From contig JAZDKR010000052.1 in the NCBI GenBank assembly GCA_043802785.1, positions 1 through 33,966 on the forward strand: DNA of 33,966 nt, in the 5' to 3' direction. The notes beneath the pieces were generated by a model, which did no database searches, was not told where the DNA came from, and saw only the letters and a list, made by a program, of their open reading frames with translations. A program made the translations under genes and the position numbers. Origin of the DNA: Elusimicrobiota bacterium (GTDB lineage Bacteria > Elusimicrobiota > UBA8919). Below, piece by piece: positions 18,073 through 26,024 of the stretch (positions are counted from its first letter, which is position 1; every line of letters begins with the position of its first letter).

Positions 18073-19128
18073 TTGGACATAGAAAAAGAAATTTCAATAA
18101 AAACAGCAAATGAAAAACAACTTTTCAATGTTTTGTTTGAACTAACTTATAATTGTAATTTAAGTTGCGTTCACTGTTATGCTATAAATTGTAAAACAAA
18201 TCTGCCGTTAAATAATGAATTGACTACAGAGAAATGGAAATCCATAATTGATGAACTCTATGATGAAAATGCTTTTTTGATTACTTTTTCGGGTGGTGAC
18301 CCATTTTTAAGGAAAGATTTTTTGGAAATTTTTAGATATGCGAGAAAAAAAGATTTTGTGTGTAATATTTACACAAACGGAAATTTGATAACTGATGAAA
18401 TAATAAATGAAATTTGTGATTTATACCCGAGAAGTGTTCAAGTTAGCATTTACAGTGCAAGGGAAGAAATTCACGATGCAATAACTCAAGTAGGGGGTTC
18501 TTGGAGAAAATCCTTTGCTGTTCTGGAAAAATTACATTCTAAAGGTATTTTAATTGGATTCAAATGTCCTCTTATGAAATCTAATATAAAATATTATGAA
18601 GAAATGAAAAATCTTGCCAAACAATTTGATGCCTCGTTACAAATGGACTTAATGATATCAGCTAAAAATGATGGTAATTTGGAGCCAACAAACATAAGAG
18701 TGCAAGACGATCAAGATATTTTTAAAATAATAAGCGACCCGGAAATAGATGGTTATTATAGTGAATATAAAAGAGGTGAACAAATATCTGATAAAGACCC
18801 AGAAGCATCAATTTGCGGTGCTGGTGGAAACGGCTTTCGTATAAACCCTTACGGAGTGATAAATGTCTGCATTGCATTACAGTATCCTATAGGAAATGTG
18901 AATAATCAATCCGTTAAGGAAATATGGAACAATTCTAACTCGTTGAGCAATTTCAGAAAATTTAAGTGGAATGATTTAAAAGATTGTAAGAATTGTAAAA
19001 TATCAAGATATTGTATTTTTTGTCTTGGCGCATCCAAAAATGAAATGGGCGATATGTTAAAAAAGAATCCATATAACTGCAAAATCACATCCGCCAGGAC
19101 GAAATATTTTTCAAAAAAAAGGGGGTGA
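18073..19128 (+). CDS. radical SAM / SPASM-domain peptide maturase (MftC/PqqE-like)
   Basis: CNLSCVHC (Cx3Cx2C), FSGGDP, and a C-terminal Cys-rich SPASM domain. The frame is open back to 17944; the first in-frame start is a TTG at 18073 with no RBS. Confidence 0.85.
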   Translation: MDIEKEISIKTANEKQLFNVLFELTYNCNLSCVHCYAINCKTNLPLNNELTTEKWKSIIDELYDENAFLITFSGGDPFLRKDFLEIFRYARKKDFVCNIYTNGNLITDEIINEICDLYPRSVQVSIYSAREEIHDAITQVGGSWRKSFAVLEKLHSKGILIGFKCPLMKSNIKYYEEMKNLAKQFDASLQMDLMISAKNDGNLEPTNIRVQDDQDIFKIISDPEIDGYYSEYKRGEQISDKDPEASICGAGGNGFRINPYGVINVCIALQYPIGNVNNQSVKEIWNNSNSLSNFRKFKWNDLKDCKNCKISRYCIFCLGASKNEMGDMLKKNPYNCKITSARTKYFSKKRG

Positions 19129-19133
19129 TTTAA

Positions 19134-19235
19134 ATGAAGTATGAAAAACCCAAAATAGAAAAAGAAGCAAAGTTCATTGCTTCTACCGTGGCTGGTCCAC
19201 ATAGTGAGAATTGTTGCTGTCAGATGAGGTATTAG
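19134..19235 (+). CDS. candidate RiPP precursor peptide, 33 aa, ending ...SENCCCQMRY
   Basis: Good RBS (agggggtga) 7 nt upstream, immediately after the maturase stop codon. C-terminal Tyr with a CCC cluster. Confidence 0.35.
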   Translation: MKYEKPKIEKEAKFIASTVAGPHSENCCCQMRY

Positions 19236-19409
19236 TTACAGGTTGTAGGATATTGCCTATTCACATAGCGGTTTGGTAGAGATATGGAGAACACATTTTT
19301 TAGTGAAACTTTGTGAATCTGCCAAACCGCATGGTTGTATAAAATTGCCTGCTAAAATAAAAATTTTAAATGCTGTGGTTTTTCAGATAAGATAAGCGGA
19401 GGTGCTATA

Positions 19410-19775
19410 ATGTGCTGGAATGAAATATCTAAAAGAATAGATAATGAAATTAAAGTTGGAACAAAGATTCCCAAAACGGACGGTAAAAATAGAACTGTAA
19501 CAAAAAAAGTAGGCACACGTATATACATTCGTACAGGGATAAATACTCATGCTGAAAAATACACAACGAAAGAAATGATTCAATACGCTTACGATACAAT
19601 TAAATCTGGAAAATCTTTTACTTCAGCAGTATTAAAGTCAAAATTTCCCCAAGAATATAAACAGGGTAGTTGTGTTTTTTCGATGACTGGTGGAATTCTT
19701 GCAGTATTAGGATTAGCAAAATACACGCGAAAACGCGGATATACTTCGGTGAATAATAAGGACGGAGGAAAATAA
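19410..19775 (+). CDS. hypothetical protein, 121 aa
   Basis: RBS ggagg 7 nt upstream. No family recognised from the sequence. Confidence 0.45.
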   Translation: MCWNEISKRIDNEIKVGTKIPKTDGKNRTVTKKVGTRIYIRTGINTHAEKYTTKEMIQYAYDTIKSGKSFTSAVLKSKFPQEYKQGSCVFSMTGGILAVLGLAKYTRKRGYTSVNNKDGGK

Positions 19776-19813
19776 AATAGAGATTGAGATAATAGGATAC
19801 TGAGAGATTAAGA

Positions 19814-19888
19814 CAGATTGCTTCGGCGGAGTTTATTCTGCTTAAAGCGGAACCTCGCAACGACAAGTGGGGAACATTTCTCACAATG
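19814..19888 (+). mobile_element. degenerate, inverted MITE remnant (gagattgcttcg ... cctcgcaacgac ... cacaatgac)
   Basis: Reverse complement of the cgaagcaatctc box and TIR-like ends. Confidence 0.35.
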
Positions 19889-19900
19889 ACATCTTTAAGG

Positions 19901-19944
19901 CAATAATACAAAATGACTGGGTTGGTGACGGTCGTTTTTTTATT
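19901..19944 (+). repeat. left 44-bp direct repeat (caataatacaaaatgactgggttggtgacggtcgtttttttatt)
   Basis: 42 of 44 positions identical to 20725-20768. Each copy is preceded by a cRcaatgaca MITE end and ends in a T-run. Confidence 0.6.
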
Positions 19945-20039
19945 CGAAAAATACTTGACAAATTTTATAAAGTATGTTATCTTTATAGTAAAGAAGTAAA
20001 GAAGTAAAAAAGTAAGGAATTTGGAAAAGGAGGTTGTCC

Positions 20040-20327
20040 ATGCAAAAGATTATTATGGCTCATATGAGTTCTAAAGCGCAGGTCACTGTCCCTAAGGAAG
20101 CGAGACAGATTCTTGGAATAGGACAGTGTAACATTCCTATTGGCTTCATTGTTGAACCCGAAACGCATACCGTTAAACTTACCAGAGTTAATGTCACATC
20201 TGCAGATGAAGATTTCACAGAAGAAGAATATAAAAAACTTCGTAAACTCGCTAAAAAACCGGGTGGGAAAATTTTTACAACTGCCGCCGCAGTTATTAAA
20301 TATCATAAAAAACTCACTAAAAGTTAA
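20040..20327 (+). CDS. AbrB/MazE/SpoVT-type antitoxin
   Basis: ...SSKAQVTVPKEARQILGI... swapped-hairpin motif. RBS aaggagg present. Its TAA overlaps the next ATG, giving a TAATG junction. Confidence 0.55.
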   Translation: MQKIIMAHMSSKAQVTVPKEARQILGIGQCNIPIGFIVEPETHTVKLTRVNVTSADEDFTEEEYKKLRKLAKKPGGKIFTTAAAVIKYHKKLTKS

Positions 20328-20602
20328 TGAAATATTTATTTAGGCCCCGTTATATTCGCAGCATTAAAAAACTTGATAAAAGCCGAGCAGCAAATGTTCA
20401 GAAGACATTTGAATCGCTCGTTAGATTTTTCCAAACAGGTGAAAAACCATTTGGACTCGGGCTCAAGCAATTACGACGTGATATATGGGAAGTTCGTGCC
20501 GGATTACTTGACCGCATAATTTTTCGTCGCACAAAAAATACAGTTGAATTCATTATTGCAGGAACACATAATGAAATCAAAAGATACTTAAATTCTTTGT
20601 AA
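20327..20602 (+). CDS. RelE/ParE-superfamily toxin
   Basis: 91 aa with ...GLKQLRRDIWEVRAGLLDRIIFRR...FIIAGTHNEIKRYL, the RelE/ParE-like pattern. Translationally coupled to the antitoxin. Confidence 0.55.
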   Translation: MKYLFRPRYIRSIKKLDKSRAANVQKTFESLVRFFQTGEKPFGLGLKQLRRDIWEVRAGLLDRIIFRRTKNTVEFIIAGTHNEIKRYLNSL

Positions 20603-20654
20603 AATAATGTGAATAGGACAGAGATTGCTACAGTCGATCCCCGATTAAAAATTT

Positions 20655-20708
20655 CCCGAGTAGGTTCGCCTGGGGCGAAGGGGACAAGTTTATCGGCTTC
20701 GCAATGAC
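20655..20708 (+). mobile_element. MITE remnant: GTAG-ttcgcc-tggg-gcgaa hairpin plus right TIR TTCGCAATGAC
   Basis: Same boxes as the other family members. Confidence 0.4.
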
Positions 20709-20724
20709 AGGCAAAGATAAATTA

Positions 20725-20768
20725 CAATAATACAAAATGGCTGGGTTGGTGACGGTCATTTTTTTATT
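20725..20768 (+). repeat. right 44-bp direct repeat
   Basis: Copy of 19901-19944. The pair brackets the toxin-antitoxin module. Confidence 0.6.
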
Positions 20769-20808
20769 GTGTTTTTTGGGAAAATCTGTATAATTTCACA
20801 ATAAAGTT

Positions 20809-21669
20809 ATGGATTTACAATTTTATCTAAAAAACAAAAAATTGGTCGTTGATGAAGCACTGAAAAAGTATTTTCTGAAAAATGCAGATGAACCGCTTAT
20901 TATAAATACTGCGATGCGATACAGTATTTTTGCCGGTGGGAAGCGGTTGCGTCCGATTTTGTGCCTTGCCGCTTGTGAAATTTGCGGCGGAGTTGAAAAA
21001 AATGTTCTTCCAACCGCCTGTGCGATTGAAATGGTTCACACATATTCGCTTATTCACGATGACTTGCCTGCGATGGATAATGACGATGAACGTCGGGGAA
21101 AACTGACATCTCATAAAAAATTTGGCGAAGCGATTGCTATACTTGCCGGCGACGGGCTTTTAACAAAAGCGTTTGAAATTATTCATCCGAAGGTTGTAAA
21201 AGAAATTGCCGTTGCTGCTGGAACGAAAGGAATGGTTGGCGGGCAAGTGGTGGATATAGAAAGTGAAAAGTTAAAAGTTAAAAGTCAAAAGTTAAAAAAT
21301 GAACTTGTGTATATTCATGAACATAAGACGGCAAAAATGATAGAGGTTTCACTTAAAGCAGGTGCTGTGTTGTCCGATGCTCCCTCGGCAAAAATAAAGG
21401 CGATTTCAAATTATGGCAGAAAAATCGGTCTTGCGTTTCAAATTACAGACGACATTCTGGATATTATCGGCAACAAAAAAAAACTTGGCAAAAAAGGGTC
21501 GGATTTGAAAAATAAAAAATTGACCTATCCGTCAATCTATGGTATAGAAAAATCAAAAGAAAAAGCGGAGGCATTAATTAAGAGTGCAAAAAACAACCTA
21601 AAAATTTTTGGCAAAAAAGCGGATGTGTTTAATGAATTAGCCGACTATATAATCCAGAGGGATTTTTGA
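20809..21669 (+). CDS. polyprenyl diphosphate synthase (FPP/GGPP synthase family)
   Basis: First Asp-rich motif LIHDDLPAMDNDDERRG and second motif FQITDDILD. Confidence 0.9.
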   Translation: MDLQFYLKNKKLVVDEALKKYFLKNADEPLIINTAMRYSIFAGGKRLRPILCLAACEICGGVEKNVLPTACAIEMVHTYSLIHDDLPAMDNDDERRGKLTSHKKFGEAIAILAGDGLLTKAFEIIHPKVVKEIAVAAGTKGMVGGQVVDIESEKLKVKSQKLKNELVYIHEHKTAKMIEVSLKAGAVLSDAPSAKIKAISNYGRKIGLAFQITDDILDIIGNKKKLGKKGSDLKNKKLTYPSIYGIEKSKEKAEALIKSAKNNLKIFGKKADVFNELADYIIQRDF

Positions 21670-21708
21670 AGGGAACGATTATCTAACTGGGTATACTAAC
21701 GGTATTAA

Positions 21709-21799
21709 GTAGTTGCCGACCTTGGTCGGCTAACAAATGGTTACTAGCGCTAATCAATCTCGGCGACTACAAGTCAAGAGCGCCCAACAAGTTGGGCGA
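21709..21799 (+). repeat. two REP-like hairpins (GTAGTTGC-gccgacc/ggtcggc at 21709-21730; cgcccaac/gttgggcg at 21782-21799)
   Basis: GTAG box plus perfect palindromes. Stems are related to the 3933 and 25944 copies, but the stem sequences differ. Confidence 0.5.
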
Positions 21800-21826
21800 C
21801 TGCTTGGCTGAAAATGGAGGCGAATT

Positions 21827-23539
21827 ATGGTAAAAAAAGTACCGTCGGATATTGAAATAGCGCAGGCAATTGAACTTAACCCGATAATTGATATTGCGGA
21901 AAAAATCGGTATCAAAAGTGATGAGTTGGAATTATACGGTAACTACAAAGCAAAAATAAAACTTGAAATTCTCCAACGGATAAAAAATAATCATCAAGCG
22001 AAATATATTGATGTAACTGCTATAACGCCTACACCACTCGGCGAGGGAAAAACTGTTACAACGATAGGGCTTTCACTCAGTCTATCAAAAATCGGAAAAA
22101 AAGTTATAACAACAATCAGACAGCCGTCGTTAGGTCCCGTGTTCGGAATAAAAGGCGGTGCTGCTGGTGGAGGTTATTCTCAGGTTTTACCGATGGAAGA
22201 TTTTAATCTGCATCTTACCGGTGACGTTCACGCTGTTTCAATTGCACATAACTTGTGTGCTGCATTCGTGGACAATTCTCTTCACAAAGGAAATAAACTC
22301 AATATGGATATGAACAACATATTGTGGCGAAGGGTTGTTGATGTTTCGGACAGAGCGTTAAGGAATATAAAAATAGGGCTTGGAACAAAAGAAGATGGTA
22401 TCCCCCGTGACTCAGGGTTTGATATATCTGTTGCATCCGAAGTTATGGCGATACTTGCGCTAACAACTTCGCTGAAGGATTTAAGAGAACGATTGGGAAG
22501 AATTGTTGTTGCATTTACTCCTGACGGTAACCCAGTCACTACTGAGGATTTGCAGGTTGCTGGCTCTATGGCTGTATTGTTAAGGGATGCTATTAAGCCG
22601 AATCTTCTGCAGACGACAGAACACACGGCTTGTTTCGTTCACGCTGGTCCTTTTGCGAACATCGCACATGGCAACAATTCAATTCTTGCCGACCTTATGG
22701 CAGTAAAACTTACCGATTATGTCGTTACGGAAAGTGGATTCGGTGCCGACTGCGGAATGGAAAAGTTTATGAATATAAAATGCAGATATTCAGGACTTAT
22801 TCCTAACTGCGTCGTTATGGTTTGCTCCATCCGTGCTCTGAAAATGCATTCGGGAAAATTTAATGTTGTTGCCGGCAGACCATTGGAAGAAGGACTGATT
22901 AAAGAAAACCTGACTGCTATTGCCGAAGGAATTTGTAATCTTGAAAAGCATATTGAAAACGCAAAGATGTTCGGTGTGCCAGTTGTGGTTGCAATAAATA
23001 AATTCTCAACAGATACGGATAAAGAGATAGAATTTGTCAGATTGAAGTCATTAGAAGCCGGCGCCGATGATGTTGCACTCTCTACGGTTTGGGAGAATGG
23101 TGGTGACGGTGGCAGGGAATTAGCAGAAGCAGTTGTAAACGCCTGCGAGAAAAAATCTTCAAACGAATTCCGGTTTTTATATCCACTTGATATGCCGATA
23201 AAAGAAAAAATTCAAACAATTGCAACAAAAATATACGGAGCGAAGGATGTTCAGTACACACCGCAGGCAGAAGAAAAAATTAAACTTTACACCAAACTTG
23301 GCTGGGCTCAACTTCCGCTCTGTATGGCGAAGACGCATCTTTCATTATCACACGAGCCGACATTAAAAGGAAGACCAACAGGATTCACATTACCCGTTAA
23401 AGATATAAGGGCATCTATTGGTGCGGGTTTTTTGTATCCTTTGTGCGGCGAGATGAGAACAATGCCAGGGCTTCCATCTGTTCCCGCAGGCACAAAAGTT
23501 GATATTGATAAAGACGGAAAAGTCGTAGGATTGTTTTAA
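21827..23539 (+). CDS. fhs: formate--tetrahydrofolate ligase
   Basis: PTPLGEGKTVTTIGL P-loop region and full-length match to the FTHFS family. RBS ggagg present. Confidence 0.95.
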   Translation: MVKKVPSDIEIAQAIELNPIIDIAEKIGIKSDELELYGNYKAKIKLEILQRIKNNHQAKYIDVTAITPTPLGEGKTVTTIGLSLSLSKIGKKVITTIRQPSLGPVFGIKGGAAGGGYSQVLPMEDFNLHLTGDVHAVSIAHNLCAAFVDNSLHKGNKLNMDMNNILWRRVVDVSDRALRNIKIGLGTKEDGIPRDSGFDISVASEVMAILALTTSLKDLRERLGRIVVAFTPDGNPVTTEDLQVAGSMAVLLRDAIKPNLLQTTEHTACFVHAGPFANIAHGNNSILADLMAVKLTDYVVTESGFGADCGMEKFMNIKCRYSGLIPNCVVMVCSIRALKMHSGKFNVVAGRPLEEGLIKENLTAIAEGICNLEKHIENAKMFGVPVVVAINKFSTDTDKEIEFVRLKSLEAGADDVALSTVWENGGDGGRELAEAVVNACEKKSSNEFRFLYPLDMPIKEKIQTIATKIYGAKDVQYTPQAEEKIKLYTKLGWAQLPLCMAKTHLSLSHEPTLKGRPTGFTLPVKDIRASIGAGFLYPLCGEMRTMPGLPSVPAGTKVDIDKDGKVVGLF

Positions 23540-23550
23540 GGACTGTAAAT

Positions 23551-23730
23551 TTGTAGTTGCTCAATTTATTGAGCGCCTTTAGTAGGTTTGTAGTTGCTCA
23601 ATTTATTGAGCGCCTTTAGTGGGTTTGTAGTTGCTCAATTTATTGAGCGCCTTTAGTGGGTTTGTAGTTGCTCAATTTATTGAGCGCCTTTAGTAGGTTT
23701 GTAGTTGCTCAATTTATTGAGCGCCTTTAT
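23551..23730 (+). repeat. tandem array of 5 x 37-bp REP-like units (ttgtagttgctcaatttattgagcgcctttagtRggt)
   Basis: Exact period of 37 bp. Each unit carries GTAGTTGC plus the hairpin gctcaa-ttta-ttgagc. No spacers, so it is not a CRISPR array. It ends 33 nt before the ATG at 23764. Confidence 0.8.
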
Positions 23731-23763
23731 GCCAGATAAATCGGGCAACCACTGTGACCTAAA

Positions 23764-25881
23764 ATGGATTGGACAAAATTTGAATTAAAACCAAAAGAAG
23801 AAATTATTGCTCTCCTGCAAGGGGTCAATAATATCTTTGTTATCAGTTGCAAAAAATGTTTTAAGGAACTTAATCCTTCGGATGACATTACCGGTTCTGA
23901 TGAATGTCCTGCGGTTTCCAAAATTGTTGAGGAGGCGAATAAAAAAATTGTTGGTTGCATTGATGTAGATTTTCTTTGCAATAAATTATTAACAGAAAAA
24001 CTTATCCCGAAAGATTTTCAATCGGCAGAAGTTATATGTGTTATTTCCTGTGGAATAGGTGTTCAAACCGTTGCAAATTTAATTAAAGATAAGCCGGTGT
24101 ATTGCCTGACAAATTCCGTATTTAAGACGGGACATAGCGGTGAGCACGGAATGGCTTTGGCTGAAGAAAGGTGCGGGGCCTGTGGGGATTGCGTATTAGA
24201 TATTACCGAGGGAATATGTCCTGTAACTAATTGTGCCAAGCAATTACGCAATGGTTCCTGCGGCGGCGCAAAAAATGGTAAATGCGAGGTAAAAAATTCA
24301 GATGGTAGCCAGCGTGACTGTGCTTGGGAAAAAATATACAAACGCTTGAATGCAGTAGTATCGGGGTCTCCTCGCTTGAATGCACGAGAAAAAACAATCG
24401 CGGGAGAACAATCCGTTGAAATTAAGGACCATTCCAAACCGGATTTTGATACAATAAATTCTTGTAGTATTGATATTCGCAATAAACGACAGCAGAGTTT
24501 TTATGGTGGTCTTTATCCAAAAGAGAATAAAAAACAAACTGAAAATAAACCAATTCAACCTTTTCCCGAACCCAAATTTCTAATTATTCCACTATCACAA
24601 CACATCGGCAAAATTTGTGAACCGCTCGTGAAAGTTGGCGATAGAGTAAAAGTTGGACAGAAAATCGGCGATGTATCATCCGAATTTTTGGGTGTACCTG
24701 TCCATTCCAGTGTGAGTGGAAAAGTCATCGAGATTGAACTTAGAAACCATCCGTTAAGTATTGAAAAAGTTCTGGCAATAACCATTGAGTCAGATGGTAA
24801 AAATGAAGTTCAAAAAAGCGAAACATTATGTATTGATGAAAATTGGCAACCCGAGCAGGCGATTAAAATGATTCGCGAGGCAGGAATTGTGGGATTAGGT
24901 GGCGCACAATTTCCTACTTACGCAAAACTGTGTCCACCGAAAAATAAACCGATAGATACTGTTATCCTTAACGGTGCTGAATGTGAACCATATTTGACTG
25001 CGGATTATCGTGTTATGCTGGAAAAGCCGGAAGAATTATTAGCAGGTTTGCGTGCGATAATGAAAATCTTAAATGTTGAAAATGGTGTTATTGCGATTGA
25101 AGATAATAAAGAAGACGCGATAGAAAGGTTAAATAATGTCATTGCGAGTCGCGAAGCAACGAAGCAATCTCAAACAAATAAAATCAAAGTTGTAGAACTC
25201 AAAACAAAATATCCGCAGGGTTCGGAACGGATGCTAATCAAAAAAATCTTAAATAGAGATGTCCCGCTTGGAGGATTGCCCTACGATGTCGGCGTAATAG
25301 TGAACAATGTAAGCACGGCGGTAGCGGTCTACGAAGCATTATATAAAGGCATATCTTTGATAAAGCGAGTAATTACCGTCACGGGCGATAACTGTGTCCG
25401 ACCTGGTAATTACGAGATAAAAATCGGTACACTATTTCAGGATATCATGGAGTATTGTTTTTCTCTTCCCTACCCCTTCACCTGCGGTGAACCTACTTGG
25501 CTATCCCCTACCCCCTATTCACTAAAGATGGGCGGTCCGATGATGGGTATATTACAGAATAATCTTGATGTTCCGGTAATAAAAGGAACTACGGGAATTT
25601 TGGTGTCTGCCAAACCAGACATACAATCTGATTTATCAAGAAGTTGTATCAAATGCGGTCGTTGTGTAGATGCCTGTCCGATGGAATTGCTCCCTTTATA
25701 CTATGCTTTTTATGTTGACCAAGTAGGTTCGCCAGTGGCGAAAAAACAGCAGTGGCAAGAAACAAAACAGTTAGGAGTTATGAACTGTATAGAGTGCGGA
25801 TGTTGTGATGATGTATGCCCCGCAAAAAGGTCAATAGTTGGTGCTGTTAAAATAGCAAAAAAGGCAGTTCATAGTTCATAG
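23764..25881 (+). CDS. RnfC-like NADH-binding FeS subunit of methylene-THF reductase with an N-terminal MetV-like (MTHFR C-terminal-type) zinc-ribbon domain
   Basis: N-terminal ...CGACGDC...CP...CGGAKNGKCEV..., paralogous to the metV gene at 26025. Central RnfC/NuoF-like core (GLGGAQFPT..., LNGAECEPY...). Two C-terminal CxxCxxCxxxCP ferredoxin motifs. Confidence 0.8.
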   Translation: MDWTKFELKPKEEIIALLQGVNNIFVISCKKCFKELNPSDDITGSDECPAVSKIVEEANKKIVGCIDVDFLCNKLLTEKLIPKDFQSAEVICVISCGIGVQTVANLIKDKPVYCLTNSVFKTGHSGEHGMALAEERCGACGDCVLDITEGICPVTNCAKQLRNGSCGGAKNGKCEVKNSDGSQRDCAWEKIYKRLNAVVSGSPRLNAREKTIAGEQSVEIKDHSKPDFDTINSCSIDIRNKRQQSFYGGLYPKENKKQTENKPIQPFPEPKFLIIPLSQHIGKICEPLVKVGDRVKVGQKIGDVSSEFLGVPVHSSVSGKVIEIELRNHPLSIEKVLAITIESDGKNEVQKSETLCIDENWQPEQAIKMIREAGIVGLGGAQFPTYAKLCPPKNKPIDTVILNGAECEPYLTADYRVMLEKPEELLAGLRAIMKILNVENGVIAIEDNKEDAIERLNNVIASREATKQSQTNKIKVVELKTKYPQGSERMLIKKILNRDVPLGGLPYDVGVIVNNVSTAVAVYEALYKGISLIKRVITVTGDNCVRPGNYEIKIGTLFQDIMEYCFSLPYPFTCGEPTWLSPTPYSLKMGGPMMGILQNNLDVPVIKGTTGILVSAKPDIQSDLSRSCIKCGRCVDACPMELLPLYYAFYVDQVGSPVAKKQQWQETKQLGVMNCIECGCCDDVCPAKRSIVGAVKIAKKAVHSS

Positions 25882-25943
25882 TTCATAGTTCGTAGTAGAG
25901 GCGGATGACGGATAACGAATAACAGATTTTGATTTTATTAGTT

Positions 25944-25965
25944 GTAGTTGCCCAATTTATTGGGC
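25944..25965 (+). repeat. REP-like unit with compensatory stem (GTAGTTGC-gcccaa-ttta-ttgggc)
   Basis: Single copy of the 23551-type unit. The stem differs at two positions on each arm, and pairing is preserved. Confidence 0.55.
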
Positions 25966-26024
25966 GCCGTTGACCTACGCAATACGCAATACGTTTTTAT
26001 CTGTTTTGTATCGCCCTTAAAAAA

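Noticed and set aside
20140-20343. 67-aa overlapping ORF inside the antitoxin gene
   Set aside because: It is an alternative frame of a gene with clear AbrB-type homology and a good RBS.
21670-21826. ZTP (pfl) or THF riboswitch upstream of fhs
   Set aside because: fhs is a classic ZTP-riboswitch target, but I could not find the conserved GGGUCGUGAC / CCGCCUGGGCA pseudoknot elements. The spacer is instead filled by two REP-like palindromes. A covariance-model scan would settle it.
23551-23730. Possible CRISPR array
   Set aside because: The units abut one another with no unique spacers (37-bp period, all of it repeat), and no cas genes are present, so this is a tandem REP-like array.
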